From: Chromera velia
Taxonomy: Eukaryota
Direction: 5' to 3'
Length of the DNA stretch: 64,000 bases
Assembly: GCA_018398765.1 (NCBI GenBank)
Contig: JAHBMJ010000499.1
Span: 1 to 64,000, forward strand
Part shown: positions 49,779 to 61,725 of the stretch, piece after piece
How the letters are laid out: each line of letters starts with the position of its first letter
Numbering within the stretch: position 1 is the stretch's first letter
Notes under the pieces: model-generated
What the model was told of the DNA's origin: nothing
What the model saw: only the letters and a program-made list of their open reading frames with translations
The model's database searches: none
Position numbers and translations under genes: made by a program

Positions 49779-52700
49779 GCATGGCTGCAGGGTGGGACAC
49801 TTCCGGGATCTCTTCCGAATTGCTGAGCGCCAGGCGTGTGCCCTGGACCTGGTCGCACGGAGACGGCGGGACGAGGCCAGAGAGCTGTCCGAGGGGCTCA
49901 CGGCTCTGCAGGTGAGAGGGATGCAAAGAGGTCACAGGAAACAAAGATATATACATATCTAAAGCTTTCTTCCGTGAGCAACTCTTTCTTGCATTCTCCC
50001 TCCCTCCCTCCCGTTTTTCATGTCTTCGGATTTTCTCTACCTTTGCGAGCTCGACTTTTGTCTAGTCATTCTTGCGTGGAACATGAAGGTCCAAATTTGA
50101 TTTTCGTTTGCGCCAATACTCAAAAGGTATACAAGCATCCTGCATGGCTCATTTCCGTTCCATCGTCTTTTCTTTCTGCCTCTTCCTGGCTTTCTGGAAG
50201 ACACGCTTGCCTTCTCGTTGGGTGTCCACCACATTCCCCTCGTAGCAATTCCTGCTCGCATCCGCACTTTCTCTTCCACCCTGCCTCTCTGTTTCTGTTT
50301 ATGAAAACCAAACAGGACTTGAAATCTTCAAACCAGGAACTGGCTCAGCTGGGTTCAATGCAACGGAAGCTGCTCGTGACCCAGTGGCACTTGACATCCG
50401 TCAAGAGCCATGCCTCGGTACGCGGACTGCTTCTGTCTTCCCTCACCAGTCTGCTCCTTTCCGGGACCTTTTTTCTTTCTGGTTATGCACTCGTTTTTTT
50501 CTCATGCTGCTCCGGAGGAATCAACAAGAAAGTGCAACGATGGCGATTGCATGGAGACAATCAAGCACTCCTTTTGTTTGCATCCCTTCCGAATAGGACC
50601 AGAAGGAAAGAGACCACAGTCCAGGGAGGCATTTGCAAGCTTTTGCCCAACGCCTGTATATTTGTTTCTTCTCTTTTTTTCTCTTCTCTCCGCTCACATG
50701 CACATGCAGGCCCTGAGGTCAGGAATCCAGGCGATGCGAGAGGACTACAGAAGGCTGGAGGAGACGGCGGAGAGAGCGGAAGACGACAGGGACAGGGAGG
50801 CGAGAAGCGTGGCGCTCCGTCTAGCTGAGACCGAAAAAGAGAACAGCAACTTGAAGGGCAAAGTGGTGGCATGTGTGTCAGTACAGAGGGCGGAAGAGAT
50901 GGCGATGCGAATGGAAGAGGTTGCAGAGAAGCTTTCACATACACAGGTCAGTCACGCTCTGCCACGATTTCTCTGTCCCTCTCACTCCCCTTTTCTCTGT
51001 CTGTTGATGCAGTTCTCGCTCTCATTTCCGTTTCTGTATCAGGAGAACCCGACTGCATCATTTCTTGTTTCTTTTCCGCGAGCTCCGTTCTCTGTAGGAA
51101 AGATGCATCAAAGTCATTTTCGCTCAAAGACGAGAAAAAAATCAAGGAGAAGATGAGATGATGTTGATGGCTTAAGCAGTTGAGCCACTTCTCAGGCCCT
51201 GGCCAGCCCATTTACGTTGAGTTCAATTCGCCCTCCTGCTTTCCATCCATTCTGCCTTCAGGCTCAACTTCTGAAAGAGCGGGAAGAGAAGGCGAAGCTG
51301 CAAGAGAGGGCTGAATTGGATGCTAAGGCAAGGGAAGTGCGGCAGGACATCAGTGAACAGTTGTACAGAGCTTTCAAGGAGACTGGTCAGTTGTCCATTT
51401 TCCTCCCGTCTTTCGCTGTCTCTGTCAGACGTGTCTGCACAATGTGTCGCTTTGAGTTTGCGTGCTTCGCCTTGAGGAGTATCTTTACGGTCGGACAAAG
51501 TCTGGGTCGGCAAATTGTGTTGAAAGAATAGTGGGGATTTGATCGTGTAACTATTTGGCATGGCCCGTGGCGTGTTTGTTTGTGTGCAGGTGCCGACGGC
51601 ATGGAGAAAAAGTTTGAAGACCTGGGTGCAAGTCTGCGTGACCTCAAGCTGAGTGAACTCCGTCAGAGGCGTGCTGCAGAGATCGAGAGGGAGAGGGTGG
51701 CGGCCCTCCAGCAGGCGGCGATGGAGAAGGAGAGGGCGATCGAGAGTCTCCACGAACAACTGGCAGACTGGGAAAACAAACTCGAGAAGCAGGTATGCAT
51801 GGACGTCGTGTAGGCAGAAAGAAAGCCATCGAATCGACTATCCGAATCATCAGACGGGAGACGGTGAGTAAGTAGAGTGGAAAGGGGGCCGGTGCATCTT
51901 TCAGCCTCTGGTCTTTTCTTTTTCTGGTCGTTCCAAGCGTTTTCTTCGTGCTCCCTTTTCTTTGCCCCTTTTCTATCTTCATGAGTGTGTGTGCAGGAGG
52001 GTGTCTGGAGAACGAAGCTTGAAGAGGCGCAGAAGATGGCGCTGAGGGCTCAGGGATTTGACCCAGGTAGGCAGACAGAGACAGGGACAGAGACAGAGAT
52101 AAAGACAGGTCCCCCTTCCTCAGGTTGTCCTGAAACTTTGCCCTGCTTCTCTCTCTCTCTCTCCACACTCTTTTTACTTTGCGTATCGCCAGTTGGCCAC
52201 ACCAGCTGTCTGTCGGGAATACTCTTCCATCTGTTTTTCGTTGCATTCTTTCCTTCCTCTTGGTTCCTCTCCTCAACTCTACTGCAGACGGAGGGGGGCT
52301 TGCCGTCTTCAAGGGAGCAGCGAAAGCGAGAGCACAGCAGCAGGAGACTCTGTTCGAGGAACTACGGACCAGCCACAAGAAGGCAATCAGAAAAATATCC
52401 GAGCTCGAGGTGCGTGTTGGTGTGTGTCTCCTTACCTGGCTGCGCGCCTCCCTGCTTTCCTGTCTGTCGCTCTGATTTGGATACCCCTACTTTCTCAATA
52501 CCTCTTATTCTTTCAAGAACGCAGAGATGCATTGTTGAAACCTTTCCTTCCTTCTTTCTGTACGGAGGTTGGTTGTGTGCATCGCCTCATTTTTGCAGTG
52601 CGGGTCTTGGTTTCATGTATCTGTGCATGTGCATCTGTCTGTCGATCTCCTTTTGTACCTGCAGATTCAGTTGAAGCTTGCAAGAGAGGATCTGAAGAAG

Positions 52701-54766
52701 GCAACTGACAGGGCAGCTGAAAGGGAGGTGGCGATGGAGAAATTGAAGAGGGACATTCTCGGAGGGAACGCACGGGACGTGAAAAATCTGGACATCTTCA
52801 AACAGATCAGGGTCCGTCGGTGGGGTTGCTTATTTCCCGTCTTCCTTGGAGCGAAACGCTTGTCTGTTTTCTCGACAGGCTTGTGCTTTTTTTCTTTCAA
52901 CTTCTTGTGAGCAGAATACCGCTCTTGAGAGAAGGCAGGCGCGCTTGGTACTGGTAGGATGAGGCGACCGTGACAGCGTCTCGTTTTTTCCCCTTGCTCC
53001 ATGACGACATCCTGCGAATCTCATCTTTTAGAAGCAACCTCTGAAGGAGCCTGATGATGCATACTTCCTCCTCTTTCGTGCTGTTATCTCTTCTTTGTTC
53101 TCTGCAGGACGAGGTTGGCAGAGAGGCCGACGAGAACGTTCTCGCAGTGAGCAACGCCGCGATGCACTCAGTGGAGGTCCTCCAGAAACTCCTCAGGGAC
53201 AGGGACGCAGAGGTGAAGCAGGCAAAGAAGCAGCAGGAGGCAATCGTAGAGAGCGCCCGGGTGTCTGAGGAGGCCCTGAGGGAACAGTTGAGAGCGAGCG
53301 CAGAAGAGGCCCTCGCCCTGAGGAGAGACCTGGCGGCCCACTCAGCGATTGACGAGACGGACTTAAGGGCTCTCGCAGCAACAGCCTTGGAGCCTTCCCA
53401 AAGGGATCCGCAGAGAGGAAGAGAGGGGCAGCGGAATGGTGCAGGCGGAAGGGAGTCTATCCACCCGCCTCCGTCTCCCCGTTCTCTTGTCAAGCGGTAC
53501 GTGTTTTTTCAGCTAGAAGCGTTTGGCCTTTGAATAAAAAACTGTCCCAGTGGTCCAGTGTTCTTTCAAGAACAGAAAAGTACAGGCAGCTTTCACACAG
53601 GAGCAGACATTGCACATCCCGTCACAGAAAGAGAGCGCATACGCGTGTGTAGTGTGGCAGAAGGAAGAGAAATCGATGCAGAAGGATTCCATCAGATTTT
53701 GGCAAGAAAAACAGCCCAGGCGTTTTTTCCGGGTCCACTTTTCTCACCGACATTGACATTGTTGGGAAGATTTCAGGTGCATGTATCTCCACGCCGATTT
53801 TCTTTGTACCCTCATTTTGCCCACTTGCAATCTTGCGATGTTCCCTTTTTCGTCAACTGTCGGTGCAGTGTGCGGACCCGTCTTGCCGAGAAAGAGGCTG
53901 AATGTGAGACTCAGAGAGCGCTGATAGACCGCCTGGGGGGGGCCCTGAAGGAGAGGGAGGAGGATCTGGAACGTGCCTCTGCTCTGTTCGACGAGATGGA
54001 AGCCCGGCTGGCTGCCGTGAGGGAGAGGGAGAAGGAGTTGGAGAAAAAGGCGGACGAAAAGAACCACCAGCGACTGATCAACAAGTCAGTGAAAGAGCAA
54101 GGAGGGAAGAGAGGAAGGGAGGGAAGACGCGTCTGTGCTGGGGAGTGACACCTGATTTCCACTTCCCCGTTTGCGTACACAAGTGATTAGGGAAAATGCT
54201 GTTTTTTCTGTATGGTACAAAGAGAGGACCAGCAGAGCTTTTGAAAAGGAGTTGGGGAAGTGAAAGCAGATCACACATAATCCATGTGTCCCAGATACGG
54301 TAACCTGAAGACTGTTGCTTACATGAACCCCCCCCCCCCCCCCNACCCGCGCATGAATGCAGGAGGGTGAGAGAGTTGAAAGACCAGGTCGCCGAGAAGG
54401 ATGCGGAACTGCAGAGACTCACCAAGGCGTTCAACGAGCTCATACAGGAGCTTTTGAAGGCGACAGAAGAAGAAAAGAAAAGAGAGAGGGCAAAAGAACA
54501 AGCCGAAAAGGAAGCAGACAGACTCGCCAAGGCCTATGCAGAGCAGGCCAGAGAACTACAAAGCTTGGTCAGTCGGTCGGTCGGTAGGTGGGTCACTTTT
54601 CGAATATGCCGGTCTCCATTTTTAATCGTTCTTCCTTTCTTTCTTTCTTTCCGCCTTCACCTGCTTTTGTTGCACTCCAGCTGTGCCTTCAACGAATGCC
54701 CACGAAATCAAATGGTTTGTCTGACAGCGGGAATTATCAGGCAGAAAAAGTGGGTGGCTGGAATGT

Positions 54767-54807
<41 letters not shown>

Positions 54808-55435
54808 CGCATTCATTGGCTCTCTTGTCTGTGTGTGTGACGCATTCATTGCCTCTCTTGTCTCTGTCTCTGTCTCTGTTTTGCAGAAAGAAGAGGTCAG
54901 GCAGCTCCGGGAGGCCTCCAGGAGAATGAAGACTGGAATCACACCTCTGGCAAGAGAGACGGCAAAACAAGGGGGGGCAGAGGCGAATGAGGAACTGCAA
55001 AGAGCCCGTGCGGTCCTCGTGACCTCGGGAGAGCAGATTGAGGAGCTACTGCGAGACAGAGCAGTCAGGGATGCAGAGATATCGCGTCTGACGGCGGCGC
55101 AGAAGGATTTTGAAGATATTCGTTCCGAGTTAGAGGCGGTGAAGATCCGGTTGGAACGATCAGAAAGGGAGAGGGCCGAGCTAGAGGCAATGAGGGAGAA
55201 GCTGGAGGAAGCGGTTGCAAATGAACGCGTGATTCGCCATCTGAGCCAACAGGTTGGTCTGCATGCATCCCTTTCTGGCTGTATGGAAAAAGGTTTTTCA
55301 AATTCTCCTGAGGACAGTGGAAGTGCTCGTTTTGCTACCTGAAAGATTGTCCACCCTCTCGACGTGATTCATTCACTTGAGAAGAGGTCAAAAGGAGATC
55401 GGAAGGACGCAGAAGATATGTGTCTCCTCTCTCTG

Positions 55436-55510
<75 letters not shown>

Positions 55511-58500
55511 ATTGACGATCTGCAGACCGGTCTTGCTACTGAGAAGGAGAAACACAAGGAGGCCATGGAGGAGAGGTCCCGTCTCCTGTCGAGGTTGCAG
55601 CAGGAGAGGTCGAAAGTTTCGCGTCTGGAGGGACTGCTCAGTGCTTTTGCTGATGAAGCAGAGCGCAGACAGAAGGACTTTGTGGATGCGCCCATGGAGG
55701 TCGTGCAGAGTTTGGCCTCACGTGTGGAGTGTCTGGAGACGGAAAACGACCAACTGCTTCGAGAGGCGCAGAGCGCGCGTGCACTACTGGGTCAGTTGTT
55801 CAGAGTTTCCTTGTCTGCTTTGGAAGAATGTGACGAGTCTTTTCTACTTCTCCATAACTGATTCCGAACAGTCGCTCGACATGGGGTTTTGGGCTTTTGT
55901 GTTCTCGTTTTCTCTGAACACTTCGTTTCAGATACTTTGAGACCTTTTTTCTTTCTTTCTTGGTGATGAGAACAGCAGCCGAATTCCCTGCCACTTCATT
56001 CTTTCTCAGCCTTCCAACCTCTCTTTCAACTTTTGTGTGCACATTCATGCTTTCAGCTGACCCACGAGCGCGAGATGCACGTGGCTCTCGCGGGATATCC
56101 GAGGAGGCCGCCAAAGCTCTTGGTGACAGTCTCCGTTCTCTGGAGGAGGACAACGCACGGCTGCGTGAGCGTGCGAGACGTCTTGAGAAGATGGCGGCAG
56201 CCGGGTCAGGATCTGGAGGGGGTGTTCAGAGGGGGCAACAGGGTGGACAGGCCAAGGGTGGGGATGCTCGTGCAGAGGGGAAGGCGAAAGAGTTCCTTCA
56301 AGGGGAGCTTGAGAAGGAGAGGAAGGAAATGAAAGCTCTCGAAATGGAAAATTCGTTCCTTAAGAAAACTCTGGAGGAACTGCAAAAAGGAAAAGTTGGG
56401 GCAGAAGATGCATTGAAAGTTCTTGCTTCAAAACTCGACACCTTGGAGAGCCAAGCAGAGAGGGGGAGTGGTCCCGGAAAGAGAGACACTGCCGTCTCCA
56501 AACGCGGTGCTGCTGGTGATGAAGACACGGAAGTCATTCGTTTCCTCACAGCCCAGCTAGACGAGAAGGACGCTCAGATCAAGTCTCTGGAAGAACACAA
56601 GAGCCTCCTCGAGTCTGCACTGAAAGATGAGGCTGCCGCCAGTGCAAAGCTCGGGCCTGCCTCTTCGTCTTCAGGAGATGCAGCAGTGCGAAAGAAATTG
56701 GAGTCTCAAGTCCTCGCTCTGAAGGGACAGAAAGAGCAGAGCCAGGCAGACACGTCCCAAATGGTCAACACATTGGCAGACAAAGTCGACGAACTCCAGA
56801 AGAAACTTGCGGAGACGGAACGCGAACTCAGGGCAGCAAGAGCTGAGTCTGGCCCGCCGCTTAGCCCAGAACGTCAGTCAGTCAGTCCTTCAGTCAGGAC
56901 AGGGCAGGGACGGAGGCAAGAGGATTGCACGGATGCCTTGGTTGTTGTGTCTCTCTCTTGAATGAGCCATTCGGGGTGTGCGAGGATCAGGACAGAATTC
57001 TTTCTCTCTCTCATCATCGATGCTTTGATCCTCCTAGCAGCGTGTTCCTTAACATGTTTTAACGTCTTGTCTTTTCTTCTTCTGCACGCACCTGTCTGTT
57101 TGCAGTGGCAGGACTGCTTGCGCCTCTCCGCGTTGCGGCTGAAATAAGACAGGAGGATTTGCGGGGAGGTGTGGCAGTCCGTTCGCTCGTCTCTGAGCTC
57201 TCTACTGTGCAGAGTGCCAACACGAAGCTTCAAGAAGAAGTCGCGCGGCTCCGTCGAGATCTGGAGAAAGAGAAGAGGCAGAGGGCGGCAGATGCAACGA
57301 GCATCCAAAAGAAAGCCAAAGACGGAGGGGAAGGGGGGGGGTCTGAGGAGCTGGAGGCTCTGCGTCTGCTGACACGACAGCTGGATTCCGATTTGGACAT
57401 TTTGAAAAAGGAAAATGAAATTCTCAAAGGAGGTCGGTCGGATGTCGCAGTTTCTTTCTTGCCGACTCTCATGACACTGAGATAACAGAGAAAAGAAGGA
57501 TCAGAGAGAGGAGCACAAGAAATCCAGAGGGCGGAAAGTGAAAAAATGCACAGATAATTCATGAACAGAGTGAGACAAAGAATCGGATTGAAGTTGACAG
57601 CGGAGCTTTGAACGTGTCTTTTCTTTTTTTATTCCTACTACAAAATCCGTTCTCTCTCTTTTTTTTCTAATCTGCATCTGATCGCTTGTCTATTTCAAAT
57701 GTAATTTTCAATTCAATTGAGTGCAGGGATCGAAACCTGGAGAGCACGTGCCCAGCAGAAGCAGCATCGTCGGAGAGAAGGCCGAGCTAGAGGGGCAGGG
57801 AGGTCGCGTGGCGGCGAGGTCTCTTCTGACGACGACGATGACGGTGAAGTCGTTGCCTCCCTCCTGGGGGCACTTGAGCGTCTCCAGAAGGACAAAGACA
57901 GGCTCGAGAGGAGGGAGGAACGGAGAGAGGCCAGGGAAGCAGAGTCAGAAGAGACACTTCGACTCAAAGTCAGTCTGTCTGCACTTTGGGGCAACGAGCG
58001 AGAATTAGTCTGCAGGAAAGGAAAGAAAGCAGAAGTCTGAGAGTTATCATTCTCTTCCCGTCCTTTGCTTTCCTTCTCATGAAGTGCTTGAGTGACAAGA
58101 TGAGGAGAGAGAAGACGTAAGGAGCTATGGAGGAGACGAAAAAAGGAGAAAAGAGAGGAAAAAATTCTTCAGCGTAAGTGATCTCACTGACGTTTCCAAG
58201 AAGACCTTCTACACCTTTCGTTGTTTTCTGAAAGCCCTCCACCTACCTGGCTCGGATATTTGAATTGTTTTGCTTTTCTGGTCTCTGGATGGTCACTTTG
58301 CCTCATGCATGCATGCAGGTGGAGAGGTTAGAGAAGAAGAATCGTTTCCTCGAGGATTCAATCAGCAGAAAGGAGGAAGGGGAGAAGGGGGCGGTCGGTC
58401 TCCTCTGTCAGCAGGTTGAGAGACTCGAGCGACAACTTGCTGAAGAGAGAAGAGGTGCGAGGGACTCGGCAGACCCTCAAGAGAGGTGCGTTGCTGTTCT

Positions 58501-60229
58501 CGCTCTCGCCCTTATGCATCCATCTCTCTTCCCCTTTCTGCTGTGAGTGTTTCAAGTAGAGCCATCATATGCAGGCAGGCACACGCACAAGAGGGAAAAA
58601 GAGGGACAGCTAGAGGGAGGGGGGGAATCCACAGAAGTCTTTCTTTCATCTATCCGTCCGCTTCCCATTCAATTCTCCAGTGCGTCCATCGACTACTTTA
58701 CCCTTCTCTCTCTTTTCGTAAGCTTTGTGAATCCCGCTTCCTCTCTCCGCAAGGAAGAAGGAGGCAAGGGCTGGGAGAAAATCCAGGTCCACCCCTTCCC
58801 CCCGCCTCTCTGCGTGTCTGCATGGGTGCTTGCAGGAAGGCGATGAGGTCCCTGACTGTCCAGCTGGAGTCGGCCAGTCGCGCCAACGAAGAGCTCCGGG
58901 CCCTCATCCGATCTCTCACGGAAGGGGAGAGGGAAGGAGAACTCGACGCCGCACCCGGCACACGGGCCAACGCCACGGCACTGCGCATTCTGACAGGCCA
59001 ACTGGAGGATGTTACTGCTCAGCTCCAAGCGGCCCGGAGGGAACTCGACACTCTTCACGCGGCAGCGGGTGGGGCTGTGTCAGGAGACGGGGGGGGGGCA
59101 GGTGTTATGGAACGGCTGAAGGCTTTGGAGGCAGATAGAAAGGAGTTGCTGGTTCTCAGACCCAAAACCGAAGACTTGCAGAAGGAGTTGCGCGCTGCGA
59201 AATTGGAGTTGGAGTCTCTCAGGGGTGCGCGAATAGTCTCGTCGTCATCACCAGGGGCACAGAAGGAAGAGGGGGGCAGTGGGGGGGATCAGAAGAATGT
59301 CTCTCTTTTGATTTCGAAGGTTGATGAGCTGTCTGGATCCCTTGCGGTGTCCTCAAATGAGAATGCTGCTCTGAAGAAAGCGAACAGGGAATTGAGAGAG
59401 ACGGCAGAGGGCCTCAAAGCACGAGTCGCCGCATTGGAAAACGAAATTGACCGGATCCGGAGGGACGCACAGCTTGCCCAAGCACGTGCCGCCTCTCCCC
59501 GTGATAGCTCGGCAGAGGCTCGTGTGAGTCCCTCAGGTTCTCTGATGGCAGTTCAGAATGTGCATCTCCGAGAGAAAGTCCAAACACTACAAGCAGCTAT
59601 GGACGAGGCCACTCGTCGTGCCGCTGCTTCTGCCCCATATCCGTCTGCACAGAGACAGAGGCAGAGAGACCGACCAGACTCCAGTGCACCCGCTTCTCCC
59701 TCCCTTTCTCCCTCCAGAGACAGAGATCTGAGAGGAGTCGAGGCAAGACTTCGGCAGGCAGAGGAAGAGAACGCAGCCCTGAGGCAGGAGTTGAGAACGA
59801 GACAGCAGGCGAGTGCCCTCAACCCCACGGCAGAGGGCCAGGTTGGTGCAGTAGCAGCTACTCCGGGAGCGCCAGTCGTGTCTGACCGAGGGAGGATGGG
59901 CACAGGTGCGGCGGCCCCGTCGGGCCCCGACCGGAGGCCTCCATCCCCCTCCCACGCACCTGCGCTGTCTGCAGATGCAGCACAGAAGCAGAGAAGATTG
60001 GAGGAATCCCTGGCGGTCAGTGGATGGATGGATGGATGGATGAGGGAGATATTGGATTGGGCTGCTCTTTTTGAATCATGCCGGCGAAAAGATGGATCCT
60101 TTATTTTGTTTGGGTGCGCATTGGTGCGGGTGGTGGGAACGCCTCCTTGATCTCTGGCATATCTGCTTCTTTTTGAATTTTCTGTATCCCTCTCCCGCTT
60201 TGTGCATTCTGGTCACTTTCGCTCGCTCG

Positions 60230-60260
<31 letters not shown>

Positions 60261-61084
60261 GGCGTGTAGATTTCTGGAGTAATTGGCTGACGCAATCACT
60301 GTCGGATGGATGTTTCTTTGCATGAATGAATGCAGACCTCGAGGGCGGAGGTGGCAAGGTTGCGCACCCAGCTAGAGGCTGCCAGGACTGAGGCAGCAAA
60401 ACTGAAGACGCGGCCCCGGACAGCAGCCGTGAGGGGAGGAGGTGCTTCGGGGGCACCTTCAGCGCCGCCTCATTCTCGCGTCCGTCCCTACTCGTCAGTG
60501 TCGTCGCCGGGGCGTCGAGAGGCAGAGGCGGCGCAGGAGAGAGAAAGGGGAGCGGCGGGAGATTCGAAGCCCGCCGAAGGTCGCATGCTGGTTGCAGGGG
60601 CTGCTGGGCCAGCAGGGGTTGAGCTTTCCAGGGTCGCCAACAGCCTCGTGAAAGAGGATGAGGTGAGGTGTTCCTTGTTCCGTTTCTCTTTTTCCTTTAG
60701 CCTGTCATTGCCTGTCTTTCTTTCCGCTTCATTTATTCTCTTCTGTTTCTGCCTCCCTGCTTCAGTTTGTGTGCTGTCCCCTTGATCATGTTTCATCCAC
60801 CAATGGTTGGATTTCCGTTTGTTTTCGTTTGCATACCTGTCAATTCTTCTGCAGGTTCGAAGGCGTTTGTATGAATTGGAGAACGAAAACGACGGGTTGA
60901 GGCGGCACGCGGAGGTGGAGACGGAGAGACGAGTACAGACAGAGAGAGCGCGGTCTGAGGGGCTCCAGAATGAACTCCTGGAGGAGCGGAGGTTGAGGGC
61001 AGAAGCAGAAAGGAACTTGAGGGAAGAGAGGGAGGCGGGGCTGGGGGGCAGGGAAAGTTCAATGGCTCTAAAGGTCTGTCTGTG

Positions 61085-61124
<40 letters not shown>

Positions 61125-61137
61125 CGTCCGTCCGTCC

Positions 61138-61172
<35 letters not shown>

Positions 61173-61189
61173 CGTCCATCCGTCCGTCC

Positions 61190-61227
<38 letters not shown>

Positions 61228-61252
61228 CTGTCTGTCTGTCCGTCTGTCTGTG

Positions 61253-61288
<36 letters not shown>

Positions 61289-61314
61289 CGTCCGTCCGTC
61301 CGTCCGTCTGTCTG

Positions 61315-61377
<63 letters not shown>

Positions 61378-61399
61378 CTGTCTGTCTGTCTGTCCGTCC

Positions 61400-61434
<35 letters not shown>

Positions 61435-61455
61435 CGTCGGTCCGTCGGTCCGTCC

Positions 61456-61497
<42 letters not shown>

Positions 61498-61539
61498 CTG
61501 TCTGTCTGTCTGTCCGTCCGTCGGTCCGTCGGTCCGTCC

Positions 61540-61577
<38 letters not shown>

Positions 61578-61623
61578 CTGTCCGTCTGTCTGTCCGTCTG
61601 TCTGTCTGTCTGTCTGTCCGTCC

Positions 61624-61665
<42 letters not shown>

Positions 61666-61679
61666 CTGTCTGTCCGTCC

Positions 61680-61725
<46 letters not shown>
